This document shows positions 38,053 to 50,910 of a stretch of 64,000 nucleotides of DNA, in pieces; position 1 is the stretch's first letter, and every line of letters starts with the position of its first letter. Position numbers and translations under genes: made by a program. The DNA is from Paraspadella gotoi (taxonomy: Eukaryota; Animalia; Chaetognatha): NCBI GenBank assembly GCA_051294375.1, contig CM119265.1, positions 29,164,540 to 29,228,539 of the forward strand. Reading direction: 5' to 3'. The notes beneath the pieces were generated by a model, which had not been told where the DNA came from, searched no databases, and saw only the letters and a program-made list of their open reading frames with translations.

Positions 38053-38775
38053 AGACAAAATGTAAAAAAAAACGCAATCATTAAAAACTATATGACGTCA
38101 ATGCCTAAAAAAAGAATCAATAACTCAGTCAAAAACAACAACAACAACGACGACGACGACGAAGAAAAATATCACGATTTTTTTCTTTTGCATTTTTTAT
38201 TTCCATAATTTTTATTTTCTTTTTCTTTTTCTTTTTATCATCTTTTCCTTTCCTCTCATTCCTTCCCCCTGCTAAATCCCCCTTCTTTCTCTCCCTTTCC
38301 CTCTCNNNNNNNNNNNNNNNNNNNNNNNNNNNNNNNNNNNNNNNNNNNNNNNNNNNNNNNNNNNNNNNNNNNNNNNNNNNNNNNNNNNNNNNNNNNNNNN
38401 NNNNNNNNNNNNNNNNNNNNNNNNNNNNNNNNNNNNNNNNNNNNNNNNNNNNNNNNNNNNNNNNNNNNNNNNNNNNNNNNNNNNNNNNNNNNNNNNNNNN
38501 NNNNNNNNNNNNNNNNNNNNNNNNNNNNNNNNNNNNNNNNNNNNNNNNNNNNNNNNNNNNNNNNNNNNNNNNNNNNNNNNNNNNNNNNNNNNNNNNNNNN
38601 NNNNNNNNNNNNNNNNNNNNNNNNNNNNNNNNNNNNNNNNNNNNNNNNNNNNNNNNNNNNNNNNNNNNNNNNNNNNNNNNNNNNNNNNNNNNNNNNNNNN
38701 NNNNNNNNNNNNNNNNNNNNNNNNNNNNNNNNNNNNNNNNNNNNNNNNNNNNNNNNNNNNNNNNNNNNNNNNNNN

Positions 38776-38842
38776 CGACGACGACGACGACGACAAAAGC
38801 GACACCTTCATCATAAGCTACGACACAAAGACATTGACGACG

Positions 38843-38874
<32 letters not shown>

Positions 38875-39106
38875 AAAAACAATATCATGAGCATCAGTAT
38901 TGACGACGACGAAAACGATGACATTGAAGATGTCAGTAATGACGTCAATACGTTATGAAGACAATAATGACAGGAGCACAGAGACAACGACGATGACTAA
39001 GACCACAATGACGACGACGACGACGACACCAACGATGACGACAAAGAAGACGAAGATGATGACGAGAACGACGACGACGATTGCGACTAAAAAGTGACAC
39101 CTTCAT

Positions 39107-39147
<41 letters not shown>

Positions 39148-39150
39148 ACC
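38776..39150. repeat. (GAC)n-rich simple repeat region
   Basis: Multiple GAC runs. Confidence 0.85.
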
Positions 39151-40334
39151 AACGGTGACAACAACAAAGACATCGGCGACAGCGACAACCTTGAGGAGAG
39201 AGATGCCCATAAAATTATTCATTTCTCGCTTCTTTGCTTCGCGAGAGAAAAAAAAAGAAGCAACAAAAGAGCAACACGATTTTTACAAGAAGATTTTTCC
39301 TCTCGTGAGAAAGAAAAATGTTGAGGTGTGGAAAAGCTTGTGGAGTTCTCTCATACATTAGTGTTGAAGCTACTTTATTAGTGAGAGACAGTCGGTTGAA
39401 GTCTCCGTCTGTTTGTCTGTTTCTCTGCTGCGCAACACCTTTTTGTTTGAAATGATTTGATATTTTTTGTAAATCGGCCTTTTTATTTCCCTCTTGTTGT
39501 TTAGTTAGTTCCCTAGGTCTTTCTAACTGATTTTTGATAAGCTAGTAATCTTTTCTCTTTACTCTCATAACAGTTTTGCATTAAATAAGCGATAGGAAAA
39601 TTTAGCATAATATTTAGCATAATGAAAAAAAAATCTACCTATTTTTAGCATAATTTTTTTTTCGACGCAGTTTTAATTAGGGGTTCTATCACTAACTAAA
39701 TAAAAATAAATTAAATCAAATGAAAATAAAATTAAAAGTAGCGATTCTGTCACACAACGCACGTGAATTTTCAACGAAGTTATCACCCATATTACTATTT
39801 TTTTCTCTCATAATAAAACAAAATAATGTTATAACGATTTAACGTCCGATTGAGGTATTTTAAACTAAATTTCTTCCATCGCAGAGGAATCAAACTCGAG
39901 AAACGAAATCTGATCGGCGACTCGAGTTAACTCCGCCGGAATCGGATTGGAACTCTCTCATTGGTGGAAAGACAAATGGCACCAGCCAATTAGCAGAAGG
40001 GCTTCCTTCCGCCTGTAATTTCTACCCTTANNNNNNNNNNCAGAAGGGCTTCCTTCCGCCAGTAATTTCTACCCTTAACTCCGATCCGATTGGACTGTAT
40101 ANNNNNNNNNNNNNNNNNNNNNNNNNNNNNNNNNNNNNNNNNNNNNNNNNNNNNNNNNNNNNNNNNNNNNNNNNNNNNNNNNNNNNNNNNNNNNNNNNNN
40201 NNNNNNNNNNNNNNNNNNNNNNNNNNNNNNNNNNNNNNNNNNNNNNNNNNNNNNNNNNNNNNNNNNNNNNNNNNNNNNNNNNNNNNNNNNNNNNNNNNNN
40301 NNNNNNNNNNNNNNNNNNNNNNNNNNNNNNNNNN

Positions 40335-40361
40335 ATTCGAACCCACGCCTCCGAAGAGACT
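40335..40361 (-). pseudogene. tRNA-Leu 3' fragment (variable arm and T-arm), truncated by an N gap
   Basis: Reverse complement AGTCTCTTCGGAGGCGTGGGTTCGAAT matches the variable arm/T-loop of metazoan tRNA-Leu(AAG/TAG). The 5' half is replaced by CATTTAAGTA. Confidence 0.8.
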
Positions 40362-41013
40362 TACTTAAATGGTCCAGTAGTGAGTAGTACCCTATAATTA
40401 TTTAATTTTGTATTAATCTCCAAAGTAAAAACTGTCGGACGTGAGAAGAAAAGGAAGATGAAACAACGACGGACCGGGAAGAAAAAAAAAAGAAAGATAG
40501 AAAGATAGACAACATTTTTCTTCTCTTTTTTTAACCTAAAAAATAAAGAAAAACTTTTTTCTCAATTAATTTTTATTTTTTTCTTTATTGTTGTTTGTGT
40601 TGTTGTAGTTGTTGTTGTTTTTATTTTTCTTCAAAATGTCGGTGATAAAAAAATTAATCAGAAGAAAAAAGTTAATTTAAATTAAGAAAAAATCTATGTG
40701 AAAAATGAAAGGAAAAGTTAAATGTTGAAAATTGAATTGTATAAGTTGAGGGAGAGAGTAAAGTTTTTAAACTTATCTACTTTTACTTTCTATAATTTAT
40801 TGACCCTATTTTCCTAAAGCGGCTCATTTCATCTCCTCCAAATCTCCCCCTCTGCCCTTCCTTTTTACTCTTATTCCCTCAACCACTTTCTCCATCGATT
40901 CCATTTGTTTATTCAAAATTAATGAGAATCTTTGACTCGACGACGATTAACGTTTTTTCCTCCAGGAGAAACTCTCTCTCTCTCTCTCNNNNNNNNNNNN
41001 NNNNNNNNNNNNN

Positions 41014-41835
41014 AGGAGTATGTTATTTAAGTTGATATTTAAAAGGAACCGGGAGGGATTAAATATATTGAGTATGAATGATAATATAAAAGTGATGTGA
41101 GATTTAAGTAAAAACCGAGATAGTATTATTGAAATGATATTTAAAAGGAAACCGGATTTAGGAGTTTAAGGAGGATAATTATAAAATGATAGACTATCTC
41201 ACATACCAAGTACAACTAGCATATTTAAAAAAGTAGGATATATTAAAAAGGAAACCGGATTTGATGAATGATATTTAGGGTTAGATTTAGTAAACCGATG
41301 ATAGTTATTTGGAAAAAATGATTATTTAAAAGGAAACCGATTTATTAACTTGAATGATATTTAAAAAAATGGTTGCCGATTATTTAAATAAGTAAAACAT
41401 GGATGATAGTTTATTTGGAGAAATGATATTTAAAAAAAGAATAATATTTAAAAGGAAACCGATTTTAGAGTTGATATATTTAAAAAAATGTGATGAATAG
41501 TTAATAAGTAAAACACCGATGAATAGTTATTTGGATAAAAATGATAGTATAAGAAGGGTAGGAGAGAAGTTAACTGAATATTTAAAAACTGATGATATTT
41601 AAAACTAAAATGAATATTTAAATAAAGGATGATATTAAAAGGAAACCGTAGAAATATCATCAATGATATTTAAAGTAGGAAAGATGATAGTTAAAAAAAA
41701 ACGATTTCATGAAAAGAACGGCCATATAATGAGAAGAACAATATTTTAATGATATTTAAAAAGAAAATAGGATAGTTATTAGAAACCCTGAAAATGAATT
41801 AATCATTGAATTTAAAAAAGAAAAAAATGAGTATT
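41014..41835 (-). repeat. Noisy reverse-complement copy of the AT-rich satellite and its junction (~56005-56800)
   Basis: TGATATTTAAAAGGAAACCGATTTAGGAG units. The junction AGAAACCCTGAAAATGAATTAATCATTG matches 56036-56065 inverted. Confidence 0.8.
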
Positions 41836-42704
41836 GTGAGTTTGAAGAAATGAACAGATGAGAGCAGTGACGTGAATATTCCTATCTGTTGTATATATAG
41901 GAGAAGAGTTGGCGACATGGATGCCAAAAGATCTGACCTGCGCGCCTTATAAGTATCTTCTAGTTGCATTTAGTGTAATTAGGAGAGGATGGAGAGAATA
42001 TTGGCCTTATAATTCTCAGAACAGAGCTCTAGACACACACAGTGATTATGAGTGATTTGACAGTCATGTATCCTCATATGTATGAGATGTGGATAACGAA
42101 TAGTAGGAAACTTAACGAATAGTATAAATATTTAACGTTAGGGATTTGGGTTAGTGATTGGGGTTAAGGATTTTTGGATTTGGGATTATCATTTAGGGTT
42201 TAATTTTGGGTTGACGATTTGGAATAAGGGGGTAAAGTTCAGGGCGTTAAAGATTAAGGTTCAGTGTTAAGGATCAGGGTTAAAGATTAAGTTAAAGATT
42301 TTAAAAATATGTTTTAGGTAAATATTAAAGTTAAAATCTAATTTTGAAATAAAAAAACAACTATTGGGGCACTCTCGAAAAAAGAGTCCGGAAATTCATC
42401 AGTTTCTCATTCTCAGTTTCAGTTTCATTATATTTTTTTTAAATTTTTTGTTTTGAAAAAATCTAGCGCGTGTTCTTTCAGAAACTATTTTTCCACTCTC
42501 TCTCTCTTCTCTCATCTCTCTCTCTCTCGTCTCTCTCTCTCTCTCTACTCTCATCTCAAATTGGCATTTTCCCTCCAGTGGCCACGCGTCCCTCGGCCTT
42601 TAGTTGTCTCTCGCTTCTGAAAACCATTTTATTACATCTTTTCCTATTTTCCAATTGATTTTTTTTCGATTAATTAAAATTTTTTTATTTAAATTATTTT
42701 TTGT

Positions 42705-42930
42705 TGTAGTTTGGGAGATTGCTTTTCATCAAAGCAGCAATAAAAGCGACAGCCGGAACCTTTCATGAAAAGCAGCCATGGGGCCAGCCTGTTATAGAAC
42801 ATAAACCGGAGTAGCAGCGTAAAACGGTCACTGGTGCCAATTCGAAGGTCAGGGGATCTAGGCCCACTGCGGAACTAAGAGAGTTGGGCGCCTACCAACC
42901 TATAGCTTGATTCGAAGCTCAAGAACCACA
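42705..42930. mobile_element. 226-bp solo-LTR-like insertion (mirror copy 51964-52184)
   Basis: TGTAG...CCACA termini; flanks TTGT/ATGT (3/4 TSD match); GC-richer than flanks. Confidence 0.5.
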
Positions 42931-44886
42931 ATGTTATAAATTGTTTAATCGTTAAATTAACAAATATCTGGTCTCTTTTTTAGTACTGTTTCTAAATGAT
43001 CAAATATTTTTTGAACTACTACTTTTTTTAATTTGACATTAAATACCCGGACAATGTAAAATTTGGCAAAGTTACCTTTCAACGAGAAATCTAATAATGT
43101 GAATGCGCAATCATATAGTTCAGCAAGCGAAATCATACTGTCATTTTATTGAAAGAAATGCTTTTTGATCATTTTAGAAAAAAAAATTAAAAAAAATCTC
43201 TAATCATATTTTTTTCCAATTTTTTCTATAATTTTTAGGCCGGATCGCTCCAGCAGATTCCGACTCTATAATCTACTATTGTTCGGTTCGTCCAGTCTCA
43301 ACCTTAAATCTTGTCTGTAAATTAATTTAGATCAATATCCGAACATCAAATTATGATAAATTTGCGAAATACTTCATACTAAAATTAATTAATATTTTAA
43401 TATAGAACGGTTATTGGAAGGACATTAAATTCTCAAAAACATTATAATTAGTAATAATTCTACAATATATAAAATTAAAATTAATTAATTAATAATTAAC
43501 TAATTAACTAACTAATTAACAATAATAATGATCATAGCCTGCTTACGGCTAATGAATCGTTGGCAGATCCGACATTATTTGCTGCAACTTGTTTCTTCTT
43601 AACTTTCGTTTTTCTTAATTCCGATTTTCTATTTTCCCATTTTTTCTATTAAAAAATAAAAATATCCTTTTATCCTTAAACTGGGTTCGTTCTCATTCCT
43701 CCTCCTCCTCCTCCTCCTCCTCCTCTTCTCTTCCTTCTCTTCCTTCGGTTAAACATTTTAAATTTTCTCTTAATGATTTGTTTAATTTTAATGTTTTTTT
43801 TTTTTATTGTTTTTTGTTTTTTTTTGTTCTAATTTTTTCCTTGGGACCTCTATGAGATAGAATGTTTTTTTCTCACTTTTTAATATTTTATTAAAATTTT
43901 GTTTAAAAATGTTAAGTTTTATTAAAGCAATTTTTCCTATATATTTTTTTTATTCCTTGAAAGCACGAAGTGAATAAGTACAAAGAAAGTGTGGGAGCGG
44001 ATAGGAAAATAGAGAGAGAGAAAGAGAGAGAGAGATAGAGAGAGAGAGAAGAGAGGAGAGAGAGAGAGAGAGAGAGAAAGCAGAATAAATTGAAATTAGC
44101 TGTGGTCTGATGATGTGTGATGGAAATACAGAAACGGTGTCACTGACCGAATTCAGTAAAAGTGAGTGAGGTCAGTGAGAAGGTATGCCATTTGGACGCG
44201 CACAGAGCAGGAGAACAGTTCGGCGGAGGCTTGAAGGCGGAGTCAGCCCGGGTGGCAAAATTAAGTGGCACTTTTTCGAGCCAACGCCACCTGGTGTTGA
44301 AGCGGAGGATTAGGAGAAAATAAGAAAAAAGAGGAAAAAAAGGATAGAAAGAGAGACAAATAGACAAATAATAAAATAGAAAAATAACAAATAGTCAAAT
44401 AGAAAAAAATAAACTATTGAAATAAAATAAAAATAAAAAATGAAAGAAGATTCAGAAGTATCAAGTATGAAGTATCAAGTATCAAGTATTAAGTATTAAG
44501 TATCAGTATTAAGTATCAGGCACTTCCTTGATAGAAAACAGATACATCTTGATGATCATTAATATTGAATAAGAAATACGAGATTTATTTAGATGAGAAG
44601 ATTTTTGAGAAAAGATTTATGATAACCGAAAAAAGAAATGACACCGAAAAATGTTTTATTAACTAAAGTAAGCAATATTACTTATTTAACTTATTATTAT
44701 TCACGAATTAATAATTTACTAGTCTTAAACACTAATTACTAATTTATAGGCTTTTAATCTCACTGAAATGTAGAGATGATTGGCGTGGTTAATTCTCTTC
44801 ATTTAACATCAATTTTTCTTCCCCATTTACGTTTTCTCAGCATTTACCGTTGGGAGATATTTCTCCACTTTCTTTCCTCTTTTTAG

Positions 44887-45457
44887 ATATATATGGCCTC
44901 AGTAGATACTCATAGACTTTCTACCCGCACACAAACGGCTTTTCACGAGAGAGACAGAGCCGTTAGTACGTCAAAGACCTTTGTCACCGTTTCAGAGCAA
45001 GTCAATTTGATGGGCTCAGGCCCACGGGAGACCAAACATAGAACCGATGTCGAGATAGATCTTGTGAACACTCTTGGTGGAGCCGGGGCTCAGACTCCTG
45101 ACCCACTGCTACGGGACTTATGGTCTCCACCATCTGGAGACCACAGAGGGTCTTGGTGACCTGTCTTGTCCTGTCTTTGGTGACCTGTCCGCCCACGGCC
45201 CACGTCGCCACAGGCGTCGACGGGCTCTTCTTCCTCAAAGACGGGGGCGGCCGGCCGTAGGAAGACGTCGCGAGCAGATGTCCGGCACGGGCCGCGCCCA
45301 CTTCGCGAAAGAGCGAACGAGAACGCGTACGTGCAGTCTCTTTACGTTTGGAGCAAGAACGGGGAGGAAGACCGAACACCCACGTAGGGACTAAGACAGC
45401 CTTTACAAAAATCGAGACCGAGAGAAAGAAAAGTTCAACAGTGGACTTCGTCTGAGC
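44887..45457 (+). other. GC-rich exon-like block of unknown gene (mirror 49522-50050), frame broken by indels
   Basis: Preceded by a long pyrimidine tract and TTTTAG|, ended by |GTGAGT. Merging both arms gives peptide-like runs (DVEIDLVNTLWSRGSDSDPLLRDLWSHHWRPQRVLVTC; NAYVSLFTLEQDGEEDRPHEG). No family recognised. Confidence 0.35.
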
Positions 45458-45491
45458 GTGAGTTTTTTTGGGGTGGAAAAAAAACCCTCCA

Positions 45492-45722
45492 GATAGAGAA
45501 CAGAGAATATTTTGTGTATGACAGTTAAGATAGAGAAAATATTTTTTGTTTGTGACAGTTAGAGATAAGAGAGAATATTTTGTGTGTGACAGATTAAGAG
45601 ATAGAGAGAATATTTTGTGTGTGACAGTTAGATATAGAGAGAATATTTTGTGTGTTACAGTTTAGAGATAGAAGAGAAATGATTTTTGTGTGATGACAGA
45701 ATAGACACAGAGAGAATATTTT
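45492..45722. repeat. ~33-bp minisatellite (GAGAGAATATTTTGTGTGTGACAGTTAGATA-like), mirror 49270-49510
   Basis: Six to seven tandem units. Confidence 0.85.
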
Positions 45723-45903
45723 TTCTCTTGAACCTTTTCATAGCAAATTTTTCTCCGTTATCCATAAAATTGTGCGTCTTTGTTGTCCTTCTTACGCGAA
45801 GACGTTGTTGTCGGGGTCCGTTTCATCATCATCATCAATCATTATTATGCATCATCCATCATAGTAGGTCGTCGTCATCATCAATAGCATCATCATCATC
45901 ATA

Positions 45904-45934
<31 letters not shown>

Positions 45935-46196
45935 TCATATCATAAAATCATCAGATCATTATTATCATCCAATCATCATCATCATCATCATCCAATCGTA
46001 ATCCGTCGTCAATCTCATGCAATCATTATCATCGTCATCCAATCCATCAATCGGTCAAATCCCCAATCATCGACATAATCATCATCATCATCATCATCAT
46101 CATCATACGTCGTCGTCGTCGATCGTCGTCGTCATCAATCATCCATCAATCACTTTTTATTATCATCAATCAATAACATCATCATCATCATCGTCA

Positions 46197-46227
<31 letters not shown>

Positions 46228-46888
46228 TCATCATCAATCAATCATCAATCAATTATATATCATCACATCATCGTCCATCCAATCACATCGTCATCATCAT
46301 CATCCGTCGTCGATCGTCACGGTCCAGAATGGTGAAGGCGAAAGATTCGATTAAAATTTATGGCATCCATGTCCTCCGTCCCTGGAGGAATAAAGGGGAA
46401 ACTTGGGAGAGGTGGGGTCAGGGGGGGGGCAGCATTTTAAGGGAACAAAAAGGGGAGAAAGCGATTAGAGGGGAAATGTAAAAATTTGGGGGAAAAAATG
46501 GGAGGAGGAGAGGAGGAGAGGAGGGGAAATTCGGAATTGGTCTTGGATTTTGAGAGAAAGGATCCTTTGGGGAGAAGAGTAAAAGAAAGAGGATAGTAAA
46601 GACTAAAGATAAGATATCCAAGTAAATATTGCTAAATTGAATTCTTCCTTTCTCTCTGTTAGAATTTCAATTTTAGCATATTAAGGAGCCTACAGCATGC
46701 ATATTGTTTCTGTTTTGGGTATGCTAACATTGTGCTTGCAAACGCCTTATATGTGGTCAACTGAGCTTTAGTGGCAAGGATTCCCGACAAAGATACTAGT
46801 TATTCCTATTCTTATTAAATCTTCATTAATAATATAACATTTAAGTAAGTTTACAAAAGACAGTAGAACAGTAAAAGCAGTAGGTAGA

Positions 46889-46940
46889 CCAGTCCTCTGC
46901 AGGAGGCGATGGGTTTACCGAATCCTAACAGCTGCCACCA
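46889..46940 (+). pseudogene. tRNA-Leu 3' half with CCA (noisy mirror of 48181-48225)
   Basis: CCAGTCCTCTGCAGGAGGCGATGGGTTTACCGAATCCTAACAGCTGCCACCA. Confidence 0.65.
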
Positions 46941-47924
46941 CATTTAAGTAAGTAAACAGAGATGTCATGAAACCAAAGTGGAGTTTATTTCTACGAAAAT
47001 TACAAGAAAGGCAAAAGAAAGGATGTAGAGACAGAAAGAAATCAAATACGGAAACATTAGTATTTATACGTTGCAATCGAATCTCTTCCCTTGGCATGAA
47101 GCCTCCTCCTTCTCATTGGTTCCATTCCCGATGACAGTTCAACCAAATCAGAGAGTCCATGGCCTTGATGATAAATAATGCTAGAAGTTAACATATTATT
47201 TAGTAGTCGTTATGAGCAAGAACAATTCAACCAACTGTAGGTGGTCGGATCAAATGGTTAAAGGGGGAGAGAGGAAATGATGTTGAGATGACTTGAAAGG
47301 GATCAGTGATGGGTAAGAGATGGTAAGAGGAAATGGATTGGGAGGAGATGACACTGAGAGGGTCGTAAGAAATTTGACCAGAAAATCCGGAGGGGAAATA
47401 ACTGTTATTGTTTTATTGGATTCGTTGGTTTATGGCGAGTCGGAAGAGAGAGAGTAGAGAGAAGAGAGAGAGAGAGAGAGAGAGATGAATGAGAGAGAGA
47501 GAGAGAGAAGAGAGAGGGTACAAAGATAGAGATGAGAGAGAGAGAGAGAGACGAGCAGAGAGATGAGAGAGAGAGAGGAGAGAGAGAGAAGTTAAATCAT
47601 TTTAGCCTGTGATCGGACGGAGTCTGAGGCGAGAGAGGAGAGAGAGAGAGAGAGAAGAGGAGGAGAGAAAGACCTCGCCCCATAAACCACGAATCCAAAA
47701 AACCAATAAACAGATTATTTCCCTCCGGTTGTTTCTGGCAAATTTCTTTACGACCTCCAGGTTGTCATCTCCCCCAATCCATTTCCTCTTACCATCTCTA
47801 CCCATTCATCCCTGATCCCTTTTCAAGTCATCTCAACCTCATTTCCTCTCTCCCCCTTTACCCATTGATCCCCGACACCTACAGTTGGTTGAATTTGTTC
47901 TGCTCATAACGACTACTAAAATAT

Positions 47925-48282
47925 GTTAACTTCTAGCATTATGTTATCATCGAAGGACCATGGACTCTCTGATTGGTTAAACTGTCATCGGGAATGGACC
48001 AATGAGAAGAGGGGCTTCATGCCAAGGGAAAGAGTACCCATGTCGATGATCCGATTGCAACGTATAAATACTAATTGTTTCCGTATTGATTTCTTCTGTC
48101 TCACACCTTTCTTTGCCTTCTGATTTCGAGAAATAAATCCACTTTGGTTTCATGACAATCTCTGTCTACTTACTTAAATGTGGTGGCAGCTGTAGGATTC
48201 GAACCCGCGCCTCCGCAGAGACTGGTCTACTTACTGTCTATTGTATACTGTCTACTGTCTTACTGTAAACTTACTTAAATGT
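47925..48282 (+). mobile_element. LTR-like repeat (ATTGG/CCAAT pair, TATA, AATAAA) followed by an extended tRNA-Leu PBS-like tract
   Basis: ATTGG 47972, CCAAT 47999, TATAAATA 48063, AATAAA 48132, TGGTGGCAGC... 48181. A diverged relative at ~39950-40371 has the same order of motifs. Start boundary approximate. Confidence 0.5.
48181..48225 (-). pseudogene. tRNA-Leu 3' half including encoded CCA
   Basis: Reverse complement CCAGTCTCTGCGGAGGCGCGGGTTCGAATCCTACAGCTGCCACCA covers the anticodon-stem 3' strand, long variable arm, T-arm, acceptor 3' strand, discriminator A and CCA. Confidence 0.85.
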
Positions 48283-50833
48283 TATATTATTAAGAAGATG
48301 AATAAGAATAAGAATAACTTGTATTCTTTGTCGGGAATCCGTGCACTAAAGCTTAGTCGATTTGAGCCACATATAAGGGTTCTGCAAGCAACAATTGTAG
48401 CATACCCAAAACAAACAATATGCATGCTGGTAGGCTCCTTAATATGCTAAAATTAAAATTCTAAAGAGAGCAAAGAAAGAACTCAATTTATCAATATTTA
48501 CTTGGATATCTTATCTTTAGTCTTTACTATCCTCTTTCTTTTACTCTCCCTCCCCCAAAGGATCCTTTCTCTCAAAATCCAAGACCAATTCCGAATTTCC
48601 CCCTCCTCTCCTCCTCTCCTGCCCCTCCCCTCTTTCCCCCAAATTTTCTACATTTCCCTCTAATCGCTTCTCCCCTTTTTCGTTCCTCTAAAATTGCTGC
48701 CCCCCCCTGACCCCACCTCTCCCAAGGTTTCCCCTTTTATTCTCCAGGGACGGAGGACCATGGATGCCATAAAATTTTAATCGAATTTTCCCTTACTTCT
48801 GACCTGTACCATGTGATGACGTGGATACGATGAATTGATGTTGTGATTCGACGACCGACGAGACGACGACGACTGACATAGAAAGTTAGAGATGATGGTG
48901 ATGATGATACCGCGATCCACACGACGAATGATAATGTGATTGTTAGTCGATGATTGGGATTACGAGTGGAGGATGACAGAATGATTGATAGATTGGAGAT
49001 TACGATGGATGATGATGATAGATAATGTAATTGCTGATGATTTATGACTACGAGACGACGACGACGACGACGACGGATCAGATGAGTATCATGATGATGG
49101 ATGATGATGATGCTATTGATGATGACGACGACCTACTCATGATGATGATGATAATAATGATTGATGATGATGATGAAACGACCCCGACAACAACGTCTTC
49201 GCGTAAGAAGGACAACAAAGACGCACAAATTTTATGATAACGAGAAAAATTGCTATGAAAAGGTTCAGAGAAAAATATTCTCTTCCTGTGTCTATTCTGT
49301 CATTCACACACAAAATCATTCTCTTCTATCTCTAACTGTACACACAAAATATTCTCTCTATCATCTAACTGTCACACACAAAATATTCTCTCTATCTAAC
49401 TATATACTAACTGTCACACACAAAATATTCTCTCTATCTCTAACTGTCACAAACAAAATATTTTCTCTATCTTAACTGTCATACACAAAATATTCTCTGT
49501 TCTCTATCTGTCACACTCACGCTCAGACGAAGTCACTGTGAACTTTTCTTTCTCTCGGTCTCGATTTTTGTAAAGGCTGTCTTAGCCCTCGTGGGGTCGG
49601 TCTTCCTCCCCGTCTTGCTCCAACGTAAAGAGACTGACGTACGCGTTCCCTCGTCGTCTTCGCCGGAAGTGGCGCGGCCTGCCGGACATCTGCTCGCGAC
49701 GTCTCCTACGGCCGGCCGCCGTCTTGAGGGAAGAAGAGCCCGTCGACGCCTGATGGGAGGGGCCGTGGGGGACGACAGACACAGGTCACCAAGACCCTCT
49801 GTGGTCTCCAGTGGTGAGACCATAAGTCCGTAGCAGTGGGTCAGAGTCTGAGCCCCGGCTCCACAAAGTGTTCACAAGATCTATCTCGACATCGAGTCTA
49901 TGTGGTCTCCCTGTGGGCCTGAGCCCATCAAATGACTGCTCTGAAACGGTGACAAAGGTGCTTGACGTAACTAACGGCTCTGTCTCTCTCGTGAAAAGCC
50001 GTTTGTGTGACGGGTAGAAAGTCTATGAGTATCTACTGAGGCCTATATATCTAAAAGAGAAAGAAAGTGGAGAAAATCTCCCAAGTAAATGCAGAAAACG
50101 TAAATGGGAAGAAAAATTGATGTTAAATGAAGAGAATAAACCACGCCAATCTCTCTACAATTTTCAGTGAGATAAAAGTAAAATTAGTAATTAGTGTTAA
50201 GACTAGTAATATTAGTAATTCGTGAATAATAATAAGTAAAATAAGTAATATTGCTTACTTTAGTTAAATAAAACATTTTCGGGTCATTTCTTTTTTCGGT
50301 TATCATAAATCTTCTCATAAATCTTCTCATCAAATAAATCTCGTATTTCTTATTTCAAATATTAATGATCATCAAGATGTATCTGTTTTCTATCAAAGGA
50401 AGTTGCCTGATACTTAATACTTGATACTTAATACTTAATACTTGATACTTGATACTTCATACTTGATACTTTTCTGAGATCTTCTTCTATTTTTTTATTT
50501 TTTATTTTATTTCAAAGTTTATTTTTTTCTATTTGACTATTTGTCTATTTTCTATTTGTTTATTTGTCTATTTGTCTCTCTTTCTATCCTTTTTTCCTCT
50601 TTTCTATTTTCTCCTAATCTCCGCTTCCAACACCAGGTGGCGTTGGTCGAAAAGTGCCACTTAATTTTGCCACCCGGGCTGACTCCGCCTCAGCCTCCGC
50701 CGAACTGTCCTCCTGCTCTGCCGCGTCCAAAGGCAACTTACCTCACTGACCTCACTCACTTTACTGAATTCGGTCAGTGACACCGTTTCTGATTTCCATC
50801 ACACATCATCAGACCACACTAATTTCAATTTAT

Positions 50834-50910
<77 letters not shown>

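Larger units (their letters stand above)
42097..47441 (+). repeat. Left arm of ~5.2 kb inverted duplication
   Basis: Collinear reverse-complement match to 47671-52756 throughout (TTAGGG tract, AAGTATC array, GC-rich block, 33-bp repeat, tRNA half); differences are mostly small indels. Confidence 0.95.

Noticed and set aside
39994-40077. 37-bp direct repeat around a 10-N gap
   Set aside because: Most simply an unmerged contig-end overlap.
42135-42300. Telomere or interstitial telomeric array
   Set aside because: Highly degenerate hexamers embedded in a dispersed element with subterminal repeats (also at ~11730-11930); not a true (TTAGGG)n tract.
47442-47670. PacBio SMRTbell adapter at the palindrome centre
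   Set aside because: No CCTCCTCCTCCGTTGTTGTTG core or its complement is visible; GAGAGAGAT matches are expected in a GA microsatellite.
48181-48225. Functional tRNA-Leu gene
   Set aside because: The 5' acceptor strand, D-arm and anticodon loop are absent; encoded CCA indicates a reverse-transcribed origin.
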